From positions 992,001-1,056,000 of the forward strand of contig OZ024765.1 in the NCBI GenBank assembly GCA_964016885.1: a stretch of 64,000 nt of DNA, written 5' to 3'. This DNA comes from Eledone cirrhosa. Its lineage: Eukaryota. A program made the translations under genes and the position numbers. Within the stretch, counting starts at the first letter, position 1. The number at the start of each line of letters is the position of its first letter. This document shows, in pieces, positions 1 to 62,243 of this stretch. Below the pieces are notes generated by a model. That model saw nothing but the letters and a program-made list of their open reading frames with translations, was not told where the DNA came from and did not search any database.

Positions 1-58
1 TTGGTATATATACTAATTCTTTATATATATATATATATTGGTATATATACTAATTCTT

Positions 59-90
<32 letters not shown>

Positions 91-724
91 TATACACCAA
101 GCTGTAATTCAATATATTTATGAATGAATACAAAAGATTTAGGTCACAATTCAGATTTATTGGCCAAAGACCTTGATTTACTACACACATACACACTCTG
201 TCTATGGCATATATATACACACACTCTGTCTATGGCATATATATACACACACTCTGACTATGACACATATACACACTCTCTCTGTATGACATATATATAC
301 ACACTCTCTCTGAATGTCATATATATACACATTCTCTCTGAATGTCATATATATACACATTCTCTCTGAATGACATATATATATATACACTCTCTCTATG
401 ATATATATATATACACTCTCTCTGACATATATACATACACACACACACACACACTCTGACATATATAGACACATACACACTCTCTGACACATACACACTT
501 AGACAAAGACTTTGACACACACGTATTGACACACACGCGATCACAAGTAAACATTGTCACTCTATCTGACATATATATATATATATATACACACACATAC
601 ATAGTCACATACACACATATAGACACACACAGACAGACACTCTGGAACATACACACATTCCGAATGCAAGCAGCCAAGAAGTGGTTCCATGTATGTGTGT
701 ATATATATATATGTCTGTGTATGC

Positions 725-755
<31 letters not shown>

Positions 756-865
756 TATATATGTATGTATACACATGAATATATGTGTACATAAATAAAT
801 ATATACACACATACATACATATATACTTGGACATTAAACGATGATGATGACACACACACACACAG

Positions 866-903
<38 letters not shown>

Positions 904-1736
904 CCTTGAGCAAGACACTTTATTTCCCATTGCTCCAGTTTACTCAGCTGTAGAAATGAGATGATAGGGACTGGGGTCCCTATCATTCCACTACAAAGTG
1001 GTCGTGGAGGTGCCACAGCAAAAAAGCCCCCAGCACTCACTGTAAATGAGGTTGGTGTTAGGAAGGGCATCCAGCTGTAGAAATCAAGCCAGAATCAGTT
1101 CCCGTCCCACCCTTGCAAGCAGGGAAAAGCGGACGTAAAATGATGATGATGATGATATATATATAGCCCTTAACAGAAATAATTTTTCAGAGGTGTGATT
1201 ACTCTAAACTTAACGAGCTAATTAAATTTCTAATACAATTTCTAAAGACGACATTACTGTATAAACCAATTAATCAACAAAATTAATTAATACTAATAAA
1301 AATTTCGCAGAAATTTAAGTTTAAAATAAATAGTTAAATTCCTCTCAAATCTAACATAATTCCACTTAACTCTGGCTAATGGTTCTAGCTGGAATGTCTG
1401 TTTGTGTGTGTTTGTGTGTGTTTGTGTGTGTTTGTGTGTGTTTGTGTGAGTGTGTGTGTGTGTAAATTTGTATATATATGTATTTATTTATAAGTATAAA
1501 TATATATATATATGTATATATATATATATTTATATGTATATATATATTTATATGTTTATGTATATATATATGTATATATATGTATATATATATGTATATA
1601 TATATATGTATATATATATGTGTATGTATATATGTATGTGTATGTATATATGTATATATATGTATATGTATATATGTATATATATGTATATATGTATATA
1701 TATGTATATGTATATATGTATATGTATATGTATATA

Positions 1737-1769
<33 letters not shown>

Positions 1770-1780
1770 ATGTATATATG

Positions 1781-1835
<55 letters not shown>

Positions 1836-1917
1836 GTATATATATTTATATGTATATGTATATATGTGTATATATGTATATGTATATATGTATATATATG
1901 TATATATATGTATATGT

Positions 1918-1948
<31 letters not shown>

Positions 1949-2335
1949 CATATATACATACACATATATATATATTTATATATATGTATTTATATATATA
2001 AATATATGTTTATGTGAATATATATGTGTGTGTGTGTGTGTATAGATATATATATATATAGAGAGAGAGAAAGGAATGCAAAATAGCATGGAAAATATAT
2101 TTAATGGTATTTTTCTTTTGTTCTTCTTTGATTCAATGTGACATTATTGAAAAACTGAGAGGAACAACTCTTTTTTAAGAAAAAGTGTGTTATAAAATAT
2201 ATAAAATATATAAAATATAGCCGGTTTCGATGAATCAGTGTAATCTACTATCTTATCAAATGTTGAATATTGTTATTAAAACAAGATGGACCTTCTTCAA
2301 CACTTATTTGAAATGTTTAATTCTATATACACATA

Positions 2336-2379
<44 letters not shown>

Positions 2380-2546
2380 TTAAAGTGTAAGTAAAGAAGA
2401 TCCCGTTAAGGGTGAAAGCAGCGATTCTTTACATACATATATAACATATATATATAATATATATATGTATACATATATATACATATATACATATATATAC
2501 ATATATATACACACATACATATATATATACATATATATATATATAT

Positions 2547-2627
<81 letters not shown>

Positions 2628-3244
2628 AATATATGCAACAATTCCTAAGCTACCAACGAGGCTATATATGCTAAATATATATACATTTGTTTAACACCCA
2701 GTGTCTGTCACTTTTATATATACACAGTTGTGTGTGTACATACATATGTACATGTATGTATATATTTATATACTCCCACACACACATATATAGTATATAT
2801 ATATATACATATATATCAAGTATATATATATATGTAAATATGACTGTGTATACAAAAATATCATACACATACACACCATCACACACTGACACACACCATT
2901 ACACCATCACATACACACACCATCTCACATACATACACACACTCACACACAGACATCAAGACTTCTGGCATTTAAACTCTCCCAGTTACATAACTGTCTC
3001 ACTAAATCATAGCCTACCCCACAGTTCACAGTTGTTGACACAGTTTTTTATACAAATAAAACCTCCCTTATCCCTTTTTATAGCAATAAAACCTCCCCTT
3101 ATCCTTTTTATATCAAACTCCCTAAAATTCTGCCTTGGTTCAATCATACAAAACTGTTATTATTTAACCTTTTTTTTTCTTTACCAGATCTCATAAAATG
3201 TTCATTTTGGTTATATCTATGAATATATATTCATTTCATTTCAT

Positions 3245-3572
3245 TTCATTTTACGTCCACTTTTCCCTGATTGCAAGGGTGGGACGGGAACTGATTCTGG
3301 CTTGATTTCTACAGCTGGATGCCCTTCCTAACACCAACCTCGTTTACAGTGAGTACTGGGTGCTTTTTTGCTGTGGCACCTCCACGTCCACTTTACAGTG
3401 GAATGATAGGGACCCCAGTCCCTATCATCTCATTTCTACAGCTGAGTAAACTGGAGCAATGTGAAATAAAGTGTCTTGCTCAAGGAAACAACACATCACC
3501 TGGTCTGAGAATTGAACTCACAACCTTTCGATTGCAAGGCCAATGCTCTAACCACTAAGCCATGTGCCTCCA
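3245..3572 (-). mobile_element. tRNA-derived SINE with RTE-like tail (related copy at about 900-1155)
   Basis: Minus strand starts GGAGGCACATGGCTTAGTGGTTAGAGCATTGG with box B GAGTTCAATTC; shares the GTTGGTGTTAGGAAGGGCATCC segment with the RTE 3' UTR. Confidence 0.75.
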
Positions 3573-4054
3573 CATATATATATATATTTTTGTGTATATA
3601 TATATATATTTGTGTATATATATATATTTATATATATTTGTGTGTGAATACGTGTGTGTATATATACATATATGTGTGTATATCTGTATGTATATGTGTG
3701 TATATATATGCGTGTGTGTGTGTGTGTCTGTGTACTTCAATATATATTTGTTGTTGTTACTGTTGTTGTTGTTGTTACTGTTGTTGTTGTTGTTGTTAGT
3801 GTTGTTGTTGTTCAATCTATTTATTCTCTTCTTTTCCCCTCTTCAGATGATTCTACAAAGACAGACAATGACAACAACAGCAACAACAACAACAACAGTA
3901 GCAGCTACAGCACCACTAATAGCAGCAGCAGTAGCAGCAGCAGCAACGAGTGAAACAACAACAGCTGCAGCAGCAGCAGCAACAGCAACAACAATAAAAA
4001 CAGCAACAACAAGATCATCATCATCATCATCATCATCATCAACACTTCACCAAC

Positions 4055-4089
<35 letters not shown>

Positions 4090-4265
4090 GAATTATTATT
4101 ATTGTTGTTGTTATTGTTATTAAGACAACAACAACAACAAGAATAACAACAACATCAATAATAATATCGTTAGTTCGTCCAGTTCCTTTCCAGAGAAAAG
4201 GGAAAGGAATCCCCACCCTGGGCCCCCTATCTCCCACCCTTATATAACATCAGAAAGGCCCCACT

Positions 4266-47223
<42,958 letters not shown>

Positions 47224-47488
47224 CCAACACTAACTATCTTAAAAAACAAACACAAACAGAACTAAGATTATGTGAAACATTAATTAAATTTCGTGAAAAA
47301 AAGAAAAATTGCATACATATACCTATATATACATATATACACATTATATATATATATATATGCATTATATATATATACACACCATATAAACAAAGTATAT
47401 AGGTAAATAGAATGATAAATACATAATATATATACATATATATGTATATATATATATACATCTATACATATATTTATGTATTTGTGTG

Positions 47489-47528
<40 letters not shown>

Positions 47529-47599
47529 CATACATACATTCATATATACATAAATACACACACACAATCATACATGAATACATTCATGCACATATATAT

Positions 47600-47665
<66 letters not shown>

Positions 47666-47799
47666 TATATACATAAAGATAGATAGTTTCTCATGAACAC
47701 CAACATACATGGGCAGAGATACTAGTGTCATAGAAGGTGAATCCTCCCCCATCACCATATATATATGTGTATATATATGTTTATGTATATATATGTATA

Positions 47800-47838
<39 letters not shown>

Positions 47839-47867
47839 GTATATATATATGTTTATGTATATGTGTT

Positions 47868-47902
<35 letters not shown>

Positions 47903-48464
47903 GTTTATTTATATATATATATGTTTATTTATATATATATAGATATAGATATATATATATATGTTTATATATATATATATATTACATATATATATATATA
48001 TACATATATACATACATATATACACATATATATATATATACATACACATATATATATATATACATACATATATATATACATACATATATATATATAATTA
48101 ATTAAAAATACAGTATATTGCCAAATATACTATGTATACATCACTATATATAAACATTCTATATATATATATATACAATGAGAGAGTGAGAGAGAGAAAG
48201 TGAGAGAGAGAGAGAGAGTGTATGTCCTCTGAATAGTAAAGCTTGATTGAGAGAAAAAAAATTTGTTTGTTTTTAAAGTTAAATAAGATAAAAGGTGTGA
48301 TTTTTGGAGTGGACTCTTCCAAAATATGTTGTCTATTGATGTCAAATATTGACTCACCCATCCTCTCACCCATCCCCACTCCACCCCTCACCATCATATA
48401 TATTTTTCTAACACCCCACCCCCCCTCTCCATACCTATATCAATCATCTTCTGTGCTATGAGTT

Positions 48465-48515
48465 GGTACTACTACTACGACTATTACTACTACTACTATT
48501 ACTACTACTACTACC

Positions 48516-48556
<41 letters not shown>

Positions 48557-48800
48557 CACTACTACTACTACTACAACCACTACTATTACTACTACTACTA
48601 TTACTACTACTACTACTACCACTACTATTACGACTATGACTATTACTACTACTACTACTACTACTATTACTACTACTATTACTACTACTACTACTACCAC
48701 TACCACTACTACTACTATTAATACTACTACTATTACTACCACTACTATTACTACCACTACTATTACTACCACTACTATTACTACCACTACTACTACTACA
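48465..48800. repeat. (TAC)n trinucleotide microsatellite
   Basis: Read directly. Confidence 0.95.
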
Positions 48801-49156
48801 CCTATTAATAATAATAATAATTTCTACTATTGGCACAAGGCCAGCAATTACCCAGTGTATTACTGGTACTTTATTTTATCGACCCCGTAAGGATGAAAGG
48901 CAAAGTTAACCTCAGCGGAATTTGAACTCAGACCATAAAGGGCCATAACTCTATGCCGCATATCATATCAATTCTGATTTCAAATCCGGCTGATCTTAAC
49001 TTTGTCTTTCATCCTTACGGGGTCGATAAAATAAGGTAGCAGTAATGTACTGGTGTCGATTTAATAGACTTTCCCCCTTCTACACAATTGTTGGCTTTGA
49101 GCTTCTGTTCTGAGTCGATTCCTTTTACATATGTATTATATATATATATATGTGTG

Positions 49157-49188
<32 letters not shown>

Positions 49189-49916
49189 TGTATACGCACA
49201 CATATATATATATACGTATATATATGTATACGCATACATATATATATATGTATACGCATACATATATATATATGTATACGCACACATATATATATACATA
49301 TATATATGTATACGCATACATATATATATATATATGTATACGCACACATATATATATACATATATATATGTATACGCATACATATATATATATATATGTA
49401 TACGCATACATATATATATATATATATATATATAAACGCATACATATATATATATATATATATGGAGGAAGTTATAGTTCACTTTAGCATTGTGTAATGA
49501 GGTATAAACGTTTGTATATGTATATATATATATGTATATATATGTATATATATGTATATATATACATATATACGTATATATAAATATATATATGAATATA
49601 TATATGTATGCGCATATATAAGTATATATATACACATACAAATATATATGTGTATATATCTATCTATATATATATATATATATATATATATGGGGTGGGG
49701 GGAAAACAGGCCATTACTCCAGTGTCTCTGCCCAACAACAACAACAACAACACCACTAACAACAACATCATCAGCATCACCAACACCACCACTAACAACA
49801 ACAACAACAACAACAATTGTTACACTACTAATAATAAAAATCATTAATTTTTATTTGCACAAAAGCAAATAAAAATCTACTCCACTGCTGGTTCCCTAGG
49901 TGAGACTGTAAGAAGA

Positions 49917-54480
<4,564 letters not shown>

Positions 54481-55741
54481 TATAAAGTAATGAAAAAAAG
54501 ATTTTAAAAAATATATCTGAGAGTCAAATGAGAAGAGAAACTATGAGAGTTGCCTTGTTGTAAATATTTTGGGGTAAAAAAATGAAAAAATATTCACATT
54601 CGGGTGGACTTCAACTGCTATTACTGGTGATAAGACTTGTGATTGATCATCAATTTCCTCTCCTTCCTCTTCCCTAGACCCTAACCCTTTTTTCTGCTTT
54701 TTTCCCCCCACCCATATTCTGATTTGCCTCTCTGCCCCGCCCATATTCTGTTTCACTCCGCCTCTTTTAATATAAATATTCATATTGGGGCAGTCTGAGA
54801 TTGCTATATCTGGTAAGACTTGTGAGAGATCATCAAACTCCTCCCCCTTCTTCTCTTCCTCCTCTCTGCCCCGCCTACATTTTGTTTTGCTTCTATCCCT
54901 GCCCATATTCTGTTTTGCTCTGCCTTCTTTAATGCAAATATTCACATTCGAGGTGGTCTGTGATTGCTATATATGGTGATAAGACTTGTGAGTGACCATC
55001 AAACTTCTCCTCCATCTGTTGTCTGCTTCTCTCCCCCCTCCCTTTGGTTTCTGTCATGCCCTGCCCTGCCCCCTGTAATACCAATATTCCAGCAGTCTAA
55101 GGCACCACGTAGCTCAGTGGTTAGAGAATTGGATTCACAATTGTGAGGTTGTTGGTTCAATTCCTGGATCGGGTGATGCATTGTGTCGTTGAGAAAGACA
55201 TTTCATTTCATGTCACTCCTTCTGCCAGGAGTTGTGACTGGTAGATAGTATCAGCAATGAGAAAGACCAATGGAAACATTGTTTCCTTGGTCCGATTTGA
55301 CGAGGTCTGGAATCTTGCAAATCGACTTCCTGTTTTTTGGGGTGGTGGGCGGGCTGGGCAATTCACCCGATCTGATAGAAAGAATACTGCTATCTAACTT
55401 GTGAAAAGACTTGCTGAAGATTATCCCCCCCCCCCCCCCCCTCCTTCCTGCATCCCCCCCTTCAATTAACTCTGCTGAACATTATTTTATTAAAACAAGT
55501 CTGGAAAAAAAATAATAATTCAAACAAAGAAGAAATTAATTTTTTTCAAAATATTTTTTTTTTCTCTTAATTTCTTGCTTGAGGTGTTGATGGTTATTTC
55601 ATGAGTGAAACCCTGCCAAGTGCCTTGTGAGGTTTTTGATAATTAAATATTGTTAAAACATATAAGAATCTGTGTTATTCTGTGTTGTTTTTTCATATTT
55701 TGTTGTTGTTGTTGTTGGTTTTCCTTATCTTTCTGTCAAAA

Positions 55742-56810
55742 TACAAGGCTGAGCTGAGCTGAAAAGTTCATAGACTGACGATGAAGGAGTGATGCTAGAG
55801 CTGTGAAATCTTGCATGCATTAATTTCAAGTCTTTGTTTCTTTCCAGGTAAACTGGCATCTAAATGTTCAAAGACTTCAAAAGTAACTAGTAGTGGCTTC
55901 TCTTGAAAATGGACAAAATTTGGCATCATGGTGTTATCAAGTGCCTGCAGAAAAAGGGGTTTAGTCCCCAAGGACATTCATGTTGACAGGGTTGCTACAT
56001 TAAGGGATGACACTCCAGCTTTATCAACAGTGCAAAAATGGACAGCTGAATTTAGAAGGGGAAGGAAGAGTCTTGAAGATAGGCCAAGGCCTGGACATCC
56101 TGCAACTGGCACCACTGACGAAAACATTGATCGTGTTCACCAAATGGTGATAGATGACAGGAGGTGATTGATTATAAATCAAATAGCCAATGCTATTAAG
56201 ACATCCTGTGAGAGAGTTGAGAATATTCTGCACAATGAACTTGACACAATGAAGGTTTTTGCTCGGTGGGTGCCACGTCTTCTGACACCTGATCAAAAGC
56301 ACACCAGGGTGGTCACATTATGAGAAAATCTGACATTGTCTGAGGCAGATCCAGCTGGTTCCTTTGAACATTTCCTAACCCAGGATGAGTGTTGGGTTCA
56401 TCACTTTGAATTGGAGACAAAGAAACAATCCATGCCATGGACACCTCCCTCCCCCAAAGAAGGCCAAGGTTGTTTCATCTGCAGGGAAGGTCATGGCCTC
56501 AGATTTTTGAGATGCAACAGGCATTGTATTTATTGACTATCTTCAAAAGGGCCACAACTTCACTGGAGAGTACTATGCCAACTTGCTGAGATAGTTACAA
56601 GAGGTTATCAAGACCACAAGACCAAACGCCTAGGAAAACTGACAAAAGGGGTCTTGTTTCATCGGGACAGTGCTCCAGCACACATCCTTGGTTTCAATAG
56701 CTGATGTGCATGACTCTGGCTTTGAACTGGTTGATCACCCTCCCTATACTCCTGATTTGGCCCCCATCTGTTCCCAAACAGGAAAAAACACTTGGCTGGG
56801 AACCAATAAC
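55742..56810 (+). mobile_element. Decayed mariner (Tc1/mariner) transposon, transposase pseudogene
   Basis: Frame-broken fragments: STVQKWTAEFRRGRKSLEDRPRPGHP (HTH), WVPRLL, TQDECWVHHF (first catalytic Asp), HPPYTPDLAP. Confidence 0.9.
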
Positions 56811-56811
56811 A

Positions 56812-57442
56812 CAGTATTTTCATAGTAAAGGCTTTACCGTATATAATTATCCTACATAATATCTCATATAATATTGAATCTATGAGATTTTGATATTATT
56901 TAATTTGAGAACAATATCTTAACATCAGTATGAGGGGCCAGTTACGACCAGTTTGAACAGAAAGAGGTGAAAGAATTCTGGCCAGTTTAAATCTAAAGGG
57001 TTAAAAGGAAAGGTAATACTTTTGAGCTCACATGTGGCTATTTGAATTACTCATAATTGTCCCTTAACCCTTTTCAGAGTTGTTGGGATGGTGCACCAAC
57101 TGCCTCCATTTCTGACAGTCATGTGCAAGTGCTTGGGTTGTTATTACCCCTTCACTCAGCTATGTTGTCTGTTCACCGCTTCCTCTGTCTGCCCAACATT
57201 CTCTTTCCCCACACTATTCCTTGGTTTAACCCTTTAGCATTTAAACTGACCATATCCGGCCAGAATTCTCTCACCTCTTTGTCTTCAAACTGGCCATAAC
57301 TGGCCACTCATACTAATATGAAGGTATTGTTCTCAAAATAAATAATATCAAAATCTCATAGATTCAATATTATGAGATAATTACATTAGGTAAAGCCTTC
57401 ATCATGAAAACATAATAGTATATATAGAGTAATGTAAATTAG
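56812..57442. mobile_element. Two inverted copies of a non-autonomous element with TTAACCCT termini (piggyBac-like)
   Basis: 56812-57004 ends AAAGGGTTAA; 57226-57442 starts TTAACCCTTT and is its reverse complement; shares sequence with the 72-bp satellite. Confidence 0.55.
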
Positions 57443-57766
57443 GCAGAATGCTTTATGGTATTCGTTTCACCTCTCTGCTCTCGGACTTCAAATCCAGCCG
57501 AGGTCAACTTTGCTTTTCATATTTTCTTGGTCAATAAAAGAAGTACCAGTCTAGACCTGGGGGCAATTCTTCCTCTATATCTCTTTCTTATTTCATTTCT
57601 CTCATTTTCTATCCCTCCATTTATATATATCATCAATAATATCTTCCATGCTAACATGGGTTAGACGGGAGTTGTCCCACTTGAGGTAAGATTGGTCGGG
57701 TGACCGTGTCTCGCTCATATAGGACTACCTGCCAGGTTTTCTACGGCTTGATGCCCTTCCCAACAC

Positions 57767-57799
<33 letters not shown>

Positions 57800-57802
<3 letters not shown>

Positions 57803-58565
57803 TGCCTGCATACGAACAGCAATATTACATGGCAGTGAGACTTGGGCATTGTGTGCAGATATGCACAGACTGGAGAGGAACGAAGCTTGCATGCTCCGCT
57901 GGATGTGTAATAGTAATATACATGAACGGCAAAGCATAAACGAACTAAGGGAAAAATTAGGAATAAGAGGGATTAGATGTTGTTTACTCGAGAGAAGACT
58001 ATGTTGGTATGGTCACGTGATGCGCATGAAAGACGACAGCTGTATAAAAAGTGCAGGGCGATAAAAATAGATGGTAGCCACGGAGTAGGCAGACCCAGAA
58101 AAACCTTACACCTCTCCAAGACAATGTTACTGGACCGAGATCTTTGGCGCTACACAGTAATACAGAAGACCCGCCTTACCTAAGTGCAAAGCGAAACCTA
58201 CAGTCAGTAGGCACCTCTAACAAAAATACACCCCCGTCCCACTACCCCCACCCCATCCACACCACCCCTTCCTATGTAAAGTTATGTTGGTGCCACATCC
58301 AGGCCGAAACAAATGAGGTCGTGTAGGTGTCACGACAAAAAAACACCCAGTCCATGCTGTAATGTGGCCGTGTAGGTAACACAGTAAAAACCTCCCAGTT
58401 CAACACTGTAAATGTGGTTGGTGTTAGGAAGGACATCCAGCTATAGAAAACCCGCCAGACAGTCCTATACGAGCAAGACAACCACTCTTGCCTCAAGTGG
58501 GAAAACTCCCGTCCAAACCCATGCAAGCGTGGAATATGGACATTAAACGATGATGATGATGATGA
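57800..58565 (+). mobile_element. RTE LINE 3' fragment
   Basis: GSETWAL..LERNEACMLRWMC..ELREKLGI..RRLCWYGHVMR, then 3' UTR and GAT tail. Confidence 0.85.
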
Positions 58566-58775
58566 TATAAAGTACCAGTCAAGAACTTGGGTCAACTCTT
58601 CCTCAATATCACTCTCTCACTCTATCTTTCTCTGGAAGAAATCTGCTGTACTCAGGCCTGGAGAAGGATGGGCTCCACCAGGCTTAAAATACAGTATGTC
58701 AATGCAGCGGTGCCGCTATGACTCTATGGGGAGTTACAGGACCCTACATACATACACGCACACACATATATATAT

Positions 58776-59236
58776 ATGAAGGATGACAGCTGCATAAAAA
58801 GGTGCAAAGCAATAGAAGTCGATGGAAGCCGTAGAGTGGGGAGACCCAAGAAGACCTGGGATGAGGTGATAAAAGCCGACTTTACCCAATTGCATCTCTC
58901 AAAGGCGATGACACACGATTGTGACCTCTGGTGTCACGCAGTAATACAGGAGACCCAACTTTCCATGGGAACAAGCCGAAGCTGAAGCATATAGACAATA
59001 TGCCCCCACCCCCTCCCACTGCAAAGTGGTCGTGGAGGAGACATGAAAAAAAAGCACCCAGCACACACTGTAAATGTGGTTGGTGTTAGGAAGGGCATCC
59101 AGGTGTAGAAAGCAAGCCAGAATCAGTTCCTGTATGAGCAAGACAAGGTCAGCCGACTGGACACTGGCCACAACAGGACAACCCGTCTAACCCATGCTAG
59201 TCTGGAAGAACAGACATAAAACGGTGATGATGATGT
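58776..59236 (+). mobile_element. RTE LINE 3' fragment (second subfamily)
   Basis: GRPKKTWDEVIKAD..DLW, 3' UTR containing GGTGTTAGGAAGGGCATCC, and GAT tail. Confidence 0.8.
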
Positions 59237-60594
59237 GTATATATATATATATATATATATAGTAATAATAATAAAGGTGAAGACTAAAATCCAAAGAAGG
59301 CTCGATAAGGATAACTATATATCAAATATATAAGAACCCTAGAGCAAATATTTATTAAAATAACAGATTATAGTTTAAGCAACAGGATCTTCTGAAACTT
59401 TATATATATATATATACACACACACAAACATATACAAAAGGAAACATCATGTTTAATATCTCTGAGGATCTAGCCATTATAAATACATGGCATTTTGACC
59501 CCAGTCAGTACAATATGATTTTTTGCTCTGCCACAGATACTTGCTTGCTTCCAAGCTACGATCAATGGAAATAAATGTTAGAACAATTGTGTGACTACCC
59601 AAGGTTTGTAATTTGAAGGGGAGAAGGCCGAAGAGGGCAAACAGTCCAAGTTACGGCCACTCTCTAATAGTTTTTTAAAGATTGGCACGTCTGTTATAGT
59701 AAAACAAACAGTTGTCAGTCCAAGATATTTTTCTTTGAGGCCCACAGACATGAAAAACACTGACAATCTAACGTCAGTTAAGGTTATATGGGTTAAAGAA
59801 ATCGTTATATTGATTAAGTTTTAGTTAATAGTAAATATAGACACTTAAATCAATCACTTAGAAAAACAAAAGAAAACTCCGCAAACATTTTCTACCATTT
59901 TGGAAAACATATACAGAGTTACTTCCCCCTTTTTTTTTTTTTTTACAATATATCAGCCATAGTTTCGTACTCATCTCTATTACTTGGTAAATTCTGGTTT
60001 ATTGTGATATAATTAAATGGAACTGATTACTATTAAGTATTTATTAATTAGTAAAAAATATATATTTTACCTCCGTGATTTTAATTTGGTATTTTCAGTT
60101 AGATAAAGAAAATAATAAACTTTACGAAAGTAAAAGTTGTTGTTTGAATATATTAAAAATCTTCGTTTTTCCATCCATTCAACTCTCCATTCCAGTCTTT
60201 GTTATTCCCCTCAACTCAACAGAAAAAGACAAGGTTTGTATTTTTAAATTCCAGTTTAAAATCTTAATTAAGTCGTAATTACTTTTATTTCTACCTCGTA
60301 AACTTGTGATAGGTTTTTTGTTGTTAATCAGTCATCGATATTAATTCTACACTCTACCAAATGGTCTGAAATTATCGATTTAACAGAATTTAATCAACAA
60401 CATTTTTTATGTCCTTGTAGATATATAAACCTGTGTAAGGTTCTTTATATATAATTAATTTCAGTATGTTTTGGTTAATTACCAACATATATATATATGT
60501 GTGTGTGTATATATATGTATATTTACATATATATATTTCGTTTCTGAATTTGTTTAGCAAGATTCTTTATCTGAAAACGTGTGTTGAAACCGAT

Positions 60595-62001
60595 ATTGTT
60601 ATACTTTGGGAGGGTCATGTTGCCAATAAGAAACACACGCACCAATCGCTTTCACTTCAATTTATTATAATAAATACAAGGGGCAGGTCCCATTTGTGTC
60701 ATTATTTACCATTTTTTCCCATTTGGTTCTGGCTCCTCTATACACTCTGATTTTATATCTGATCCACCGAAACTCAGCTGTTTCGGACCATACCAAAATC
60801 AACATACTGATTGTGGATTTGGTACGGGTGATGAGAAACGTGTCCCGCATGTGCAACCCCGAAGAACTAGAGAGACACATACAACACGTCATCCACCGTA
60901 TGCAGTTCTCTGGTTACAATCAGAGAGATAAAATCAGAGTGTATAGAGGAGCCAGAACCAAATGGGAAAAAATGGTAAATAATGACACAAATGGGACCTG
61001 CCCCATGTATAGGAGCAAATTTTGGAATAGAATAGAAAGAACTAGGAATAAGGCTAATAGAATAAACTCATGGTATGATAGCAATAAATACCAGAGTGTA
61101 ATGTTCATCGATACAACCCCTAGAGGTGATTTAGCTTACAAATTTAGAAGGGCCCTAGATAAACATAAACTCAATATTAAGATAGTAGAAAGACCAGGTA
61201 CCTCCATAAAAACACACCCTTTTCAAAGACCTCTCTGTATAGATAAGAAATGTATAATCTGTAAATTAAGCCCCCATATTAACTGTAAAACTAGAAATGT
61301 AGTATATAGCATAAGATGTACTGAAGGACAATGTAGAGATAAAAATATAGTGTACATAGGTGAGACAGCTCGTAGTATAGGGGAACGGATAAATGAACGC
61401 TGGCGAGACCTTCAAGATAGTAAAGAATCATCTGTACTCTACCAACATGCTAAAATAGAACATAAGGGTAAATTAGAGAACATAGAAATAAAAATAGAAT
61501 CTACACACAGAAAAGATGCAATGTTTAGACAAATCACAGAGGCAATAAACATAAATGAATTACAACCAAAATTAAATAGAAAATATGAGTGGAACAGCAA
61601 CATCACAACTTACAATTAAGGACAAAATGAAAACACACACACACATAGAACAAACAACCAACCAGTAACATATAAATAAACAAATAAATAAACGAATATA
61701 AACACACACAAACACCCAGTTGTAACACATGCGCAAACTAAGCACACAACACACACACACACAAAAACAAGATGGCGTAGGACAGAACAAAGGAGAGGCA
61801 CAAAAAACAAAGAAAAGAATCCCCAGTCACTGAAGAGGTCACAGAATGTGTGACGAAAGAACTTTGACAATATATAAACAACCATCAGGTGGAACCAACC
61901 AACCAACCGGAAATTTATAAATTTATTATAATAAATTGAAGTGAAAGCAACTGGTGCGTGTGTTTCTTATTGGCAACATGACCCTCCCAAAGTATAACAA
62001 T
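60595..62001 (+). mobile_element. 5'-truncated Penelope-like retroelement: RT C-terminus, Cys-rich linker and GIY-YIG endonuclease, with inverted terminal segment
   Basis: ORF 60696-61619 contains CxxxxCxxC, VVYSIRC..YIGETARSIGERINE and E..I....PKLN (GIY-YIG). 60595-60672 is the reverse complement of about 61920-62001. 60678-60757 is an inverted copy of about 60928-61004. Confidence 0.88.
61826..61868 (+). ncRNA. Minimal type I hammerhead ribozyme in the 3' region of the Penelope-like element
   Basis: GTCA-CTGAAGA-G-GTCACA(GAATG)TGTGAC-GAAAG-AA-CTT-TGAC: conserved core, stem I GTCA/TGAC, 6-bp stem II, minimal stem III. Confidence 0.8.
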
Positions 62002-62197
62002 ACATATATATATACAGGAAAAGAGTCGGGACCCCGATGGCTGAGCTCCTGCCATTTCGACAGCTAGATCCGAACTAAGCCAGCAGTATTCTGGCTGTCG
62101 AAACGTCAGGGTCCTGACTCTTTTCCTATTACCCACTCTACTACTCTAAGTATAGAATACTCTGGTGCGTTATTGTCCACTTGGTATCTTACCACAC

Positions 62198-62243
<46 letters not shown>

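Noticed and set aside
48440-48890. Poly-Val, poly-Ser, poly-Tyr and poly-Thr ORFs resembling a mucin
   Set aside because: Translations of a (TAC)n microsatellite downstream of the stop codon.
55100-55180. tRNA-like sequence (GTAGCTCAGTGGTTAGAG..GGTTCAATTCC)
   Set aside because: No proper acceptor stem, and it continues into SINE body sequence; a tRNA-derived SINE head, not a tRNA gene.
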